Source of the DNA: Marispirochaeta sp.
GTDB taxonomy: Bacteria; Spirochaetota; Spirochaetia; JC444; Marispirochaetaceae
Direction: 5' to 3'
DNA length: 64,000 nucleotides
NCBI GenBank assembly: GCA_963676835.2
Contig: CAXXFF010000002.1
Coordinates: 416,001 to 480,000, forward strand
Below the pieces are notes generated by a model. That model was not told the DNA's origin and ran no database searches. It worked only from the letters and a program-made list of their open reading frames with translations. This document shows positions 8,883 through 18,476 of this stretch, piece after piece; positions within the stretch are counted from its first letter, which is position 1, and every line of letters begins with the position of its first letter. Position numbers and translations under genes: made by a program.

Positions 8883-10268
8883 ATGATTGAAAAATTGAAA
8901 AACTCTTACTGCCTGGTCCTTGGCGGCGGCGGCGCCCGGGGTGCCTATGAAATCGGCGTATGGAAGGCCCTTCGTGAAATGGATATAGAGATTCATGCGG
9001 TGGCAGGAACCTCCGTGGGAGCCCTTAATGCGGCCTTCGTTGCCCAGAATGATTTTGAAGCCGCGGAAGAGATGTACCTCAATATTGACATCCACAAGGT
9101 GGTCAACATCCCCGATGAGTTTCTCCATCAGGGAAAAATCAGCCGTGACCTTTCCACAATGAGCCGCCTCAGCGGCTACCTGCTGGAACACCGCGGACTG
9201 GACACCTCTCCCTTAAAAGCCCTTATCGACTCTCACCTGAATGAAGAAGCTATCCGGAGTTCCGGAGTGGATTTCGCCCTGGTAACCTATAATCTCTCCA
9301 CCATGAAACCCCTGCACTGTTTCCTCGAAGATATTCCAGCCGGCCGGCTGAGCGATTTCCTCTTTGCCAGTGCTGCCCACCCCCTGTTCGGGGCAGCAAA
9401 GATAGATGAAGCAAAGCTCACTGACGGGGGAGTTACGGACAATATCCCCTACAACCTCATGAAGGAACGGGGTTACCGCCGCATTATCGCCGTTGATCTT
9501 TCCGGTATGGGATGGACCAGAAAACCGAGAACAGCAAACAGTCAGACCGTATATATAAAGAACTCCCTCAAACTGGAAGGAGTTATGGACTTTACCCCCG
9601 AGTGTTCTGCCACCGCGCTCAAACTCGGGTATCTGGACACCCTGCGCAGCTTTGAAAAAATCGAAGGTGTCCGTTACTTCATCAAAGCGGATACGTCACC
9701 CCTGAAACAGCTGAGCCGGCAGCTCGAAATGCCGGCCAACAGGGCATTGATAGAAGAAATCGCCGGAAAAATCAGAGGCGGCAAAAACCGCGAAAAGAGA
9801 AATAACGGAAAAAAAGCTGACCGCAGCCTGATTACCCCTCCCCCGCTCAAGCAGATACTCCCCGCAGAGACGGCACACCACCGTTTTCCCGGCCTGGCAC
9901 TCCTCGAATGTTCCGCTGACTGTTTAAACATACCCAGAGACCCCCTCTACTCAGTGGAAGAACTTCTGGATCTGGTGAAGGAAGGATTCAACCGGCTCCA
10001 GGCGGAGCCCTTCAATGAAAAACGGGGATTCCGGGGAATTATCCGCCGCCTGCGGCGGGAACTGAAGAAACTGAACCGGAAAGATCTGTTTCAGCTCTCC
10101 TCTGCCCGCTACGCCTCAGCTCTTAGCACGGTACTGGGAGGAAAAGACCCTTATCTCGCGGTAAAGCTCCTCAGCCCCTTCTTTCCGGAACTTCCGGCAG
10201 CCCGGCTTATGTATACTCTGTTAAATTCACCCCGCAGCAGTTTTTCTATTGACCAGTCGGATCGCTGA
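8883..10268 (+). CDS. Patatin-like phospholipase
   Basis: GGGGARG, GTSVG nucleophile elbow, DGG motif. Confidence 0.9.
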   Translation: MIEKLKNSYCLVLGGGGARGAYEIGVWKALREMDIEIHAVAGTSVGALNAAFVAQNDFEAAEEMYLNIDIHKVVNIPDEFLHQGKISRDLSTMSRLSGYLLEHRGLDTSPLKALIDSHLNEEAIRSSGVDFALVTYNLSTMKPLHCFLEDIPAGRLSDFLFASAAHPLFGAAKIDEAKLTDGGVTDNIPYNLMKERGYRRIIAVDLSGMGWTRKPRTANSQTVYIKNSLKLEGVMDFTPECSATALKLGYLDTLRSFEKIEGVRYFIKADTSPLKQLSRQLEMPANRALIEEIAGKIRGGKNREKRNNGKKADRSLITPPPLKQILPAETAHHRFPGLALLECSADCLNIPRDPLYSVEELLDLVKEGFNRLQAEPFNEKRGFRGIIRRLRRELKKLNRKDLFQLSSARYASALSTVLGGKDPYLAVKLLSPFFPELPAARLMYTLLNSPRSSFSIDQSDR

Positions 10269-10317
10269 TTCTACAATTGAAAGGGTAAATAAAAACATTT
10301 TTTTCGAGGAGTTACGA

Positions 10318-11433
10318 ATGAAAAAAGCACTGGTGCTTATGCTCTCTCTCGTCCTTCTGTTCTCTCTTGCCGCAGGACTTACTTCCTGTTCAAAGAAAAC
10401 CGAAACCGCAGGAGAACCTGCCAAGGCTGCAGAGTCTGCAAAAGCAGACCTCAAAGTCGGAATGGTTACCGATGCCGGAACCATCGATGACAAATCCTTC
10501 AACCAGGGAACCTGGGAAGGAATCCTGAAAGCCAAAGATGATATGGGTATTGAAGTGAAATACCTGAAACCCTCCGGAACAACCGAAGCGGACTACCTGA
10601 AAGAGATCGGCAACCTCTATGACGCCGGCTACAAGTTCATTGTAACCCCGGGATTCAAGTTTGAGACCAGTATCTATCAGGCTCAGACCAAATACCCCGA
10701 TGCAAAATTTGTCATTCTCGATGGTGTTCCCCATCCCGGAGACTATTCTGTAGACGTAAAATCAAATACGGTATCAATCTTCTTCGCAGAACATGAATCA
10801 GGCTTTATGGCCGGTGTAGCCGCTGCCCTGCAGCTTCGCGAAGGCGAATTCGGTTTTATCGGAGGAATGGAGATTCCTGCAGTACAGAAGTTCAACTGGG
10901 GCTTCCAGCAGGGTGTTGCCTATGCCAACGACCACTACAGCACCAAGGTAAACATTTCTCCCGAGAATGTTGTCTACCAGGGAACCTTCAATGATGTAGC
11001 CGCAGGACAGCAGCTTGCCGCACAGATGTACGACAAGGGAGTAAAGGCGATCTTTACCGCAGCCGGCGGAGTCGGTGTGGGAGCAATCAACGAAGCAAAA
11101 ACCCGTGCCAAAGCCGGAGAGGAAGTCTGGATTATCGGTGTTGACGTAGACCAGTATGCCGAAGGTATCTATGAAGGTGAAAAATCCATCATCCTCACTT
11201 CTGCAATGAAGAGAATCGATCAGGCTGCCTACGACATGATCAAGGCGGAACTTGATGGTACCTTCCCCGGTGGAGATGTGCTTACCTTTGACGCAACCAA
11301 TGACGGTATCGGTATTCCAGAAACCAACCCGAACCTGCCCATGCAGCTGGAAGCCAAGGTTGCAGAGATTTTCGGCGACCTGAAGGCCGGAAAGATCACG
11401 GTATCATCCGAACAGGGATCTTTAATCAAATAG
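10318..11433 (+). CDS. BMP-family nucleoside ABC transporter substrate-binding lipoprotein
   Basis: Lipobox LTSC, DDKSFNQ, AAGGVG, IIGVDVDQ. ATG at 10318 after GAGGAG. Confidence 0.92.
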   Translation: MKKALVLMLSLVLLFSLAAGLTSCSKKTETAGEPAKAAESAKADLKVGMVTDAGTIDDKSFNQGTWEGILKAKDDMGIEVKYLKPSGTTEADYLKEIGNLYDAGYKFIVTPGFKFETSIYQAQTKYPDAKFVILDGVPHPGDYSVDVKSNTVSIFFAEHESGFMAGVAAALQLREGEFGFIGGMEIPAVQKFNWGFQQGVAYANDHYSTKVNISPENVVYQGTFNDVAAGQQLAAQMYDKGVKAIFTAAGGVGVGAINEAKTRAKAGEEVWIIGVDVDQYAEGIYEGEKSIILTSAMKRIDQAAYDMIKAELDGTFPGGDVLTFDATNDGIGIPETNPNLPMQLEAKVAEIFGDLKAGKITVSSEQGSLIK

Positions 11434-11447
11434 TTGAGTTTATTATC

Positions 11448-11483
11448 AGGGGCATACCGGAATCCCGGAGTGCCCCTTTTTTT
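11448..11483 (+). terminator. Intergenic hairpin plus T-run after the BMP gene
   Basis: AGGGGCA..CCGG-AATC-CCGG..TGCCCCT followed by a T-run. Confidence 0.65.
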
Positions 11484-11577
11484 AAATTTTGCAAATTGTA
11501 ACTATGTACCTTTTAACCCGCAGAACTGTCTGTTTGCCTGTTCTTCAGAAAAATCCACTGCCGGAGGCCTGTAGCTT

Positions 11578-13110
11578 ATGGAAAATGTTGTAGAAATGAT
11601 CAACATCCGCAAAGAGTTTCCCGGAATTGTCGCCAACGACAATATTTCGATTAATCTGAAAAAAGGCGAGATTCTTGCCCTTCTGGGAGAAAACGGAGCG
11701 GGAAAATCCACCCTTATGAGTATTCTCTTCGGGCTCTACCGTCCGGATAACGGAAGCATCCGTATTCGGGGTAAAGAGGAACATATAAGCAACCCCACCT
11801 ATGCCAATGATCTGGGTATCGGTATGGTCCACCAGCACTTCAAGCTGGTCCACAACTTTACCATCACCGAAAATATTGTTCTTGGAATGGAACCGAAAAA
11901 GGGCTTAAGCCTGAACCTGGGCGAAGCATCCAAACGTATCCGGGAGCTCTCGGAACATTACGGCCTGAATGTTGACCCCGACGCTATTACCGAGGATGTT
12001 TCCGTTGGTATGCAGCAGCGGGTGGAGATTCTGAAGATGCTCTACCGGGATGCGGAGGTTCTGATTTTTGACGAGCCGACCTCGGTGCTCACTCCCCAGG
12101 AGATTCAGGATCTGATGCAGATAATGCGCAACCTGATACAGGAAGGCAAATCCATAATCCTGATTACCCACAAACTCAAGGAAATCAAGGCAATAGCAGA
12201 CCGCTGTACCGTAATCCGCCGGGGAAAAGTTATTGGAACTGTGGATGTCAAGGGCACAAGCGAAGCTGAAATGGCCAGGATGATGGTCGGCCGGGAAGTC
12301 TCCTTTTCGGTGGATAAAGAAGCGAAGGAAGCGGGAAGAACCATTCTTCAGGTCGAGAACCTTTCGGTTATCAACAGCCGGAAGATTCAGGGGCTGAAGG
12401 ATTTCTCTCTGGAAGTTAAGGCCGGAGAGATTGTCGGCCTTGCAGGAGTAGACGGAAACGGCCAGTCCGAGCTGGTGGAAGCAATTACCGGCCTGGTACC
12501 GTCCTCGGGGGGACGTATCCTCCTGAACGGAGAAGATATTACCGGCAACTCCATTTCTGAACGGATCAGCGCTGGGATTGCCCATATTCCCGAAGACCGG
12601 CAGAAACGGGGTCTGGTACTGGATTACACCGTGGAAGACAACATGATCCTTGAAACCCACGGATCAGAGCCTTATTCCCGGCATGGATTTCTCCAGCGGG
12701 AACCAATTCGTAAACATGCGGAAAAGCTTATTGAGGACTTTGACGTACGGGCCGGACAGGGAGGTGCAACCGCAGCCAGGGCACTTTCCGGCGGAAACCA
12801 GCAGAAGGCAATTGTAGGCCGGGAGATCGATCTTAATCCTGATCTGCTTATCGCGGTTCAGCCTACCCGGGGCCTGGATGTCGGGTCCATCGAATACATT
12901 CACAAACGGCTGGTGGAACAGAGGGACAAGGGCAAAGGTGTACTTCTGGTATCCCTGGAACTAGATGAAATTCTTGATCTTTCCGACCGGATCGCCATTA
13001 TCAGCCATGGACAGCTTGTAGGCACCGTAAAGGCGGAAGATACCAACGAAAATGAAGTCGGCCTTATGATGGCCGGAGTAGAACAGGGAGAAAGCAGAAA
13101 TGAAGCTTGA
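11578..13110 (+). CDS. Nucleoside/sugar ABC transporter ATP-binding protein (two NBDs)
   Basis: GENGAGKST, DEPT, LSGGNQQK, PTRGLDVG. Confidence 0.95.
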   Translation: MENVVEMINIRKEFPGIVANDNISINLKKGEILALLGENGAGKSTLMSILFGLYRPDNGSIRIRGKEEHISNPTYANDLGIGMVHQHFKLVHNFTITENIVLGMEPKKGLSLNLGEASKRIRELSEHYGLNVDPDAITEDVSVGMQQRVEILKMLYRDAEVLIFDEPTSVLTPQEIQDLMQIMRNLIQEGKSIILITHKLKEIKAIADRCTVIRRGKVIGTVDVKGTSEAEMARMMVGREVSFSVDKEAKEAGRTILQVENLSVINSRKIQGLKDFSLEVKAGEIVGLAGVDGNGQSELVEAITGLVPSSGGRILLNGEDITGNSISERISAGIAHIPEDRQKRGLVLDYTVEDNMILETHGSEPYSRHGFLQREPIRKHAEKLIEDFDVRAGQGGATAARALSGGNQQKAIVGREIDLNPDLLIAVQPTRGLDVGSIEYIHKRLVEQRDKGKGVLLVSLELDEILDLSDRIAIISHGQLVGTVKAEDTNENEVGLMMAGVEQGESRNEA

Positions 13111-14176
13111 ACTAAAGTTACCCCGGCAGCTTATCGTCGCATTGACGTCCGTCCTTCTCGGCCTGCTGGCCGGAGCAATATTCATGGCAACTACCGGCAG
13201 CAATCCCTTCGCAGGCTACTCCTTTCTTTTCCGCGGAGGACTGATGAATATCGAGCGGGTCGGCAATTCCATTGCCACCGCAACTCCCCTTATTCTTACC
13301 GGCCTTTCGGTGGCTTTCGCTTTTAAAACCGGACTCTTCAACATCGGTGCTTCCGGCCAGATGCTTATAGGCGGGCTCTGTGCCACCGCCGTAGGGCTTA
13401 CCATGGTGCTGCCGAAACCGCTGCTGCTGCTGATAATGCTTATTGCAGCCATCGCCGGCGGGGCACTCTGGGGGCTGGTTCCGGGATTTCTCAAGGCCCG
13501 CTTCAACGTCCATGAAGTAGTTGCCACAATCATGATGAACTGGATTGCCTACTGGACCGTCTACTACGCTGTTCCGGCCTACTTCAAGGGACCCTATCTG
13601 GAAACTGAATCTAAAAAAATTCCCGATATTGCATCCCTGAAAGTTCCCTGGATGACAGAGCTTTTTGACGGCAGTTATATAAATCTGGGACTGATCATTG
13701 CCCTTGCTGCCATTATTGTAATCGGGGTGATCCTCAACAGTACCGTCCTCGGCTACCAGCTGAAAGCAGCAGGTTTCAACCGCTTTGCCTCTGAATATGC
13801 CGGCATGAATGTTCACCGCAACATTATTCTCTCCATGGTTATCGCCGGAGCCCTTGCCGGGGCAGGAGGAATGACCCTCTACACAGGCTATGCCTCCAAC
13901 ATCCAGATAGGAGTTATGCCCTCCCAGGGATTTGACGGCATTGCTGTTGCCCTATTGGGATCCAATTCACCCATTGGGGTTTTGGGTGCGGCCCTCTTTT
14001 TCGGCGTACTCCATTCCGGCAAGGGTTTTATGAATGCCATGACAGAGATACCGCCCCAGATAGGCGATACTATAATTGCCACCATAATCTACTTCGCAGC
14101 CACCAGCGTGCTGATCGAAAACGGCCTGGATGCCCTGACCCGGCGTCTCAATAAAGCCAGAACCAGGGAGGCCTGA
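13100..14176 (+). CDS. Nucleoside ABC transporter permease 1
   Basis: GLFNIGASGQ, EVVATIMMN, GFDGIAVALLG; operon context. Confidence 0.92.
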   Translation: MKLELKLPRQLIVALTSVLLGLLAGAIFMATTGSNPFAGYSFLFRGGLMNIERVGNSIATATPLILTGLSVAFAFKTGLFNIGASGQMLIGGLCATAVGLTMVLPKPLLLLIMLIAAIAGGALWGLVPGFLKARFNVHEVVATIMMNWIAYWTVYYAVPAYFKGPYLETESKKIPDIASLKVPWMTELFDGSYINLGLIIALAAIIVIGVILNSTVLGYQLKAAGFNRFASEYAGMNVHRNIILSMVIAGALAGAGGMTLYTGYASNIQIGVMPSQGFDGIAVALLGSNSPIGVLGAALFFGVLHSGKGFMNAMTEIPPQIGDTIIATIIYFAATSVLIENGLDALTRRLNKARTREA

Positions 14177-14177
14177 T

Positions 14178-15125
14178 ATGTGGACCATACTTACCCAGAT
14201 TTTCCCCTATGCTGTTGCCTTCACCATTCCCCTGCTTATAACAGCCCTGGGAGGACTTTTCAGTGAACGTTCCGGAGTGGTAAATATCGGCCTTGAAGGG
14301 CTTATGGTGGTAGGCTCGTTTACGGGAGCCCTGGTTATCAGTACTGCCTATCCGGTTTTCGGTGACGCCGCCGTCTGGATCGGCCTGTTTGCTGCAGTTG
14401 CCGCGGGGGCGGCCTTTTCCCTGCTCCACGCTTTTGCCAGCATCAACCTCAATGCCAATCAGGTTATCAGCGGAACCGCAATTAATATGATCGCAGGCTC
14501 CCTGACCGTCTTTTTTGCCCGCCACATTACCGGTTCAGGAAACATACAGATTGTCTCAGGACTTCCCCGGCGAAGTATCCCTCTGCTGAAAAGCATTCCC
14601 TTTATCGGAAAGCTCTTTTTCACCCAGACCTATGCCAGCACCTGGCTTGTGCTGCTGATACTGCTGGGAAGCTGGTATCTGATCTACCGCACTCCCTTCG
14701 GCCTGCGCCTGCGCTCCTGCGGGGAGCATCCCCAGGCGGCGGATGCTGCAGGGATCAATGTCTACCTTGTCCGTTATGTCGGCGTTATCTTTTCCGGTGC
14801 CTTTGCCGGACTGGGAGGCGCGATTATTCTGGTAACCTACTCCGGTGAGTTCAACGGCTCTGTTGCAGGACTCGGCTTCCTCTCCCTGGCCTCACTGATC
14901 TTCGGTCAGTGGAGACCTCTGGGAATCCTTGGAGCAACCTTCTTTTTCGGCTTTGCCAGCACCATAGCCAACGTATCCCAGGTTGTTCCCGCCCTGGCAG
15001 TTATACCCGGTCTTATTCTGAAGGCCTTTCCCTATGTAGTGACCCTCTTCGCCCTGGTGCTTTTTTCCAAGAGCTCCCAGGCGCCCAAAGCTGCGGGGGA
15101 ACCATTTGATCACGGTAAAAGATAG
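14178..15125 (+). CDS. Nucleoside ABC transporter permease 2
   Basis: SERSGVVNIGLEG, GLRLRSCGEHP, FGQWRP; operon context. Confidence 0.92.
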   Translation: MWTILTQIFPYAVAFTIPLLITALGGLFSERSGVVNIGLEGLMVVGSFTGALVISTAYPVFGDAAVWIGLFAAVAAGAAFSLLHAFASINLNANQVISGTAINMIAGSLTVFFARHITGSGNIQIVSGLPRRSIPLLKSIPFIGKLFFTQTYASTWLVLLILLGSWYLIYRTPFGLRLRSCGEHPQAADAAGINVYLVRYVGVIFSGAFAGLGGAIILVTYSGEFNGSVAGLGFLSLASLIFGQWRPLGILGATFFFGFASTIANVSQVVPALAVIPGLILKAFPYVVTLFALVLFSKSSQAPKAAGEPFDHGKR

Positions 15126-15150
15126 GAATGTACATTAAAGGAGTTTACCA

Positions 15151-15540
15151 ATGCCCTATAAAAATCTGATACAGGCTGCAACCGAAGCAAGGGAGAATGC
15201 TCATGCACCCTACTCGAAATTCAAGGTTGGCGCGGCCCTTATGCTCGACTCCTGCGAAATTGTTTCAGGCTGTAATATTGAAAATGCCAGCTATGGAGCC
15301 ACCGTTTGTGCTGAAAGGGTGGCTATTTTCAAAGCCGTGAGCGAAGCCCCTGGAGCGCGGATAACCGCCCTGGCGGTTGTCACCGACAGCACCCCTCCGG
15401 CGCCGCCCTGCGCCCTCTGTCTGCAGGTACTGTCCGAGTTCTGTCCTGCAGATATGCCCATAATTCTTGAAAGTCTGGATGGAACCAGAAAGGAATATAC
15501 CTTCAAAGACCTGCTTCCCCACCCTTTTACTGATTTCTGA
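15151..15540 (+). CDS. cdd: Cytidine deaminase (homotetrameric type)
   Basis: APYSKFKVGAA, NIENASYG, CAE, PCALC zinc ligands. Confidence 0.93.
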   Translation: MPYKNLIQAATEARENAHAPYSKFKVGAALMLDSCEIVSGCNIENASYGATVCAERVAIFKAVSEAPGARITALAVVTDSTPPAPPCALCLQVLSEFCPADMPIILESLDGTRKEYTFKDLLPHPFTDF

Positions 15541-15694
15541 TTACTGATTCTCGATTCCTGATTATTCATATCGAGAATCATAATCAAAACCTCATCATAA
15601 TCTTACCATCACCGAACAGCAGGGTAACTGTCCCCTAATAGAAGCGTTGAATACTGATCTCATCTTATTACTCATTCAATAAGAGGAGATGAAA

Positions 15695-17152
15695 ATGAAA
15701 AAGATGAAATCAGTAGTTCTCGCAGCCCTGCTGCTGCTCCTGGTTCCTGCCCTGGTAATCGCAGAGGGTGCAAAGGAATCAGATTCACAGATGGATGCTC
15801 CCAATGCAAAGTATGTGTTCCTTTTTATCGGTGATGGTATGTCCATGACCCAGATCAATGCAGCTGAAGCATACCTCAAATCTGAAGAAGCTTCCGACAT
15901 CGGTGTTGAAAAGCTTACTTTCACCCAGTTTCCCGCTCAGGGACTTACCACAACCTACGATGCCGGTTCATTTATTACCGACTCAGCATCCGCTGGTACT
16001 GCAATCGCAACGGGTAACAAGACTCTCTCCGGTGTGATCAACATGGACACAACCAAAACCAAAGAGTTCACCACCATTGCCGAAATGGCAAAAGCCGCAG
16101 GCATGAAGGTTGGTATTCTTTCCAGCGTAAACCTCGACCATGCAACTCCCGCCTGTTTCTATGCAAAACAGGACAGCCGCAGCAAGTATTACGATATCAA
16201 CATGCAGCTTGCAAACAGTAACTTCGATTACTTTGCCGGCGGAATGGTGCGTATCGACAAAACCCCGGAAGGCCAGAAAAACGCCCACGAGGTAATGGCC
16301 GAAAAGGGCTGGCAGATTGCCTCCAACCGCGCTGAACTTGAGGCTCTGAAACCCGGAACCCAGGCCTATGCCTACTACAGCACCAGCTTTACCCGCAACT
16401 CTCTGGACTACGCCATGGATCAGGAAGCAGATGACGTCAGTATTGCCGAGTACACTGCTAAAGGTATCGAGCTGCTGGATAATGAGAAGGGATTTTTCAT
16501 GATGGTTGAAGGTGGAAAAATCGACTGGGCATGTCACGCCAACGATGCTGCAGCCTCCATCCACAACACCATTGCCTTCAACGAAGCAATTCAGGAAGCT
16601 GTTGATTTCTACCGGCAGCACCCCTCTGAGACCCTGATCGTAGTTACCGGAGACCACGAAACCGGTGGGCTCTCCCTCGGTTTTGCCGGTACAAAATACG
16701 ATTCAGCCTTCGGTGAGATTGCAAAGCAGAATATGAGCTTCGAAGCCTTCGACAACTTCGTATTCAAGAAGTTCAAGGAAGAGAATCCCAACGGTACTCT
16801 TGCACAGATAATGCCCGAAATTAAAAAGGCTTTCGGCATCGAAACCCTGACCGAATACGAAACAAAAATGGTAGATAAAGCTTTTACCGCCGCCATGCAG
16901 GGCGCCGGCAAGGATGAAGAATCCTATCTACTCTACGGTGGATACAATCCCCTGTCTGTAACCCTTACTCACATCCTTAATAACCGCGCCGGTCTGGCAT
17001 GGGCATCCTACTCCCACACCGGAGTACCCGTACCAACCTTCGCCATGGGCGTCGGATCCGAACTCTACAACGGGTACTACGACAACACAGATATTTTCAA
17101 AAAAACCACAGCTGTCCTCGGTGTAAACCAGGCAACTGCAATGGCTGAATAA
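15695..17152 (+). CDS. Alkaline phosphatase (PhoA family), secreted
   Basis: IGDGM, TDSA (catalytic Ser), HATPA, EGGKIDWACHAND, GDHETGG; signal peptide. Start is 15689 or 15695. Confidence 0.95.
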   Translation: MKKMKSVVLAALLLLLVPALVIAEGAKESDSQMDAPNAKYVFLFIGDGMSMTQINAAEAYLKSEEASDIGVEKLTFTQFPAQGLTTTYDAGSFITDSASAGTAIATGNKTLSGVINMDTTKTKEFTTIAEMAKAAGMKVGILSSVNLDHATPACFYAKQDSRSKYYDINMQLANSNFDYFAGGMVRIDKTPEGQKNAHEVMAEKGWQIASNRAELEALKPGTQAYAYYSTSFTRNSLDYAMDQEADDVSIAEYTAKGIELLDNEKGFFMMVEGGKIDWACHANDAAASIHNTIAFNEAIQEAVDFYRQHPSETLIVVTGDHETGGLSLGFAGTKYDSAFGEIAKQNMSFEAFDNFVFKKFKEENPNGTLAQIMPEIKKAFGIETLTEYETKMVDKAFTAAMQGAGKDEESYLLYGGYNPLSVTLTHILNNRAGLAWASYSHTGVPVPTFAMGVGSELYNGYYDNTDIFKKTTAVLGVNQATAMAE

Positions 17153-17181
17153 AAGAAAATATCCATAACAAACAGTTTATT

Positions 17182-17212
17182 AACCAGGTCCCCTCCGGGG
17201 GGCTTGGTTTTT
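17182..17212 (+). terminator. Hairpin plus T-run after alkaline phosphatase
   Basis: AACCAGGTCCCC-TCC-GGGGGGCTTGGTT-TTT. Confidence 0.6.
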
Positions 17213-17233
17213 CATTTTATATCGGGGGAACTG

Positions 17234-18400
17234 ATGATAATAAAAGAAAAGATGGAGAACAAAGACAGGATCCTGACTCTGGTGCTGGCGCTGCTTACTG
17301 CGGCAATCCTGCTTATTCCGGTAAACTTCGGCCAGTCTGCTGCGGGTAATACCAGCCGCGTACGGGCCGAGGTGCTGTCCACCGACGACAGCACCATAGA
17401 GCAGTTCGGCATTGTAAAAACCGGAGATCAGGGGCTTACCATGAAAATCCTCAACGGCCGGTTTAAGAACAAAGAAATTGAAGGAGTCAATCTGCTCATG
17501 GGGAAGATGGATCTGGACAAAATCTTTACCCCCGGAGACACGGCCCTGGTTACCCTCAACCTGAATGATGCCGGAGATACCATCCTTTCAAATCAGGTGG
17601 TTGATCACTACCGTCTCAATGTTGAACTGATCCTCTTCGGGCTGTTTATTGCCCTGCTGATCGTGTATGCCGGATGGACCGGATTCAAAGCCCTTATCTC
17701 TTTCGTTTTCACAGCGGCTTTGATCTGGAAGGTAATGATCCCCGGATTTCTGATAGGCCTGCCGCCGGTTACCCTGTCTCTAACAGTTGTCACCGCCATG
17801 ACAGGGGTAATCATTTTTCTTATCGGCGGCATTTCCCGCATGGGCGCCGTAGCCTTTCTCGGAGCAATTTCCGGAGTCGGGGTAACCGCCCTGCTGGCCC
17901 TGCTTTTCGGCGCCGCCTTCAAGGTACACGGAGCGGTAAAACCCTTTGCGGAAACCCTTCTTTACGCGGGATACGCCCACCTGAATATAACCTCAATATT
18001 TCTTGCAGGAATTTTTCTCTCCTCCTCGGGAGCCGTCATGGATATAGCCATGGATATTGCCGCCTCCATGCGGGAAGTTCAGGAAAAACATCCTGAAATC
18101 GGCAGAAAAGAGCTGATCCTTTCCGGTCTCCGGGTAGGCCGTGCCGTGGTGGGAACCATGACAACAACCCTTCTCCTGGCATACTCCGGAGGATTTACCT
18201 TTATACTTATGGTTTTCATTGCCCAGGGAACTCCGCTGGTGAACGTTTTCAACCTTATCTATGTCAGTTCAGAAATTTTGCATACCCTGGTTGGCAGTTT
18301 CGGCCTTATCCTGGTTGCCCCCCTTACCGCCCTTTACGGAGGCTTCCTCTACACCACAAAAAAGGGTGTGCCTGCCGCCACAGCAGAGGAAATCCTTTAA
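17234..18400 (+). CDS. YibE/F family membrane protein
   Basis: GAVMDIAMDIA, GLRVGRAVVGTMTTTLLLAYSGG, GSFGLILVAPLTA motifs. Start codon uncertain. Confidence 0.88.
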   Translation: MIIKEKMENKDRILTLVLALLTAAILLIPVNFGQSAAGNTSRVRAEVLSTDDSTIEQFGIVKTGDQGLTMKILNGRFKNKEIEGVNLLMGKMDLDKIFTPGDTALVTLNLNDAGDTILSNQVVDHYRLNVELILFGLFIALLIVYAGWTGFKALISFVFTAALIWKVMIPGFLIGLPPVTLSLTVVTAMTGVIIFLIGGISRMGAVAFLGAISGVGVTALLALLFGAAFKVHGAVKPFAETLLYAGYAHLNITSIFLAGIFLSSSGAVMDIAMDIAASMREVQEKHPEIGRKELILSGLRVGRAVVGTMTTTLLLAYSGGFTFILMVFIAQGTPLVNVFNLIYVSSEILHTLVGSFGLILVAPLTALYGGFLYTTKKGVPAATAEEIL

Positions 18401-18408
18401 ACCCCTTT

Positions 18409-18436
18409 TTGACAGTGGATTAACACATTTCTGACA
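18409..18436 (+). promoter_or_regulatory. Three direct repeats at 11-bp period (OmpR/PhoB-type box candidate)
   Basis: TTGACA (18409), TTAACA (18420), CTGACA (18431), each separated by 5 nt; TAGTAT at 18449. Confidence 0.5.
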
Positions 18437-18476
18437 TAAAAACACGCCTAGTATGGGTAACAGGAAGGAGGCAGAT

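Noticed and set aside
15565..15610. Pho box upstream of alkaline phosphatase
   Set aside because: The ATCATAATC copies are 17 bp apart, not 11, and do not match the boxes at 18409-18436.
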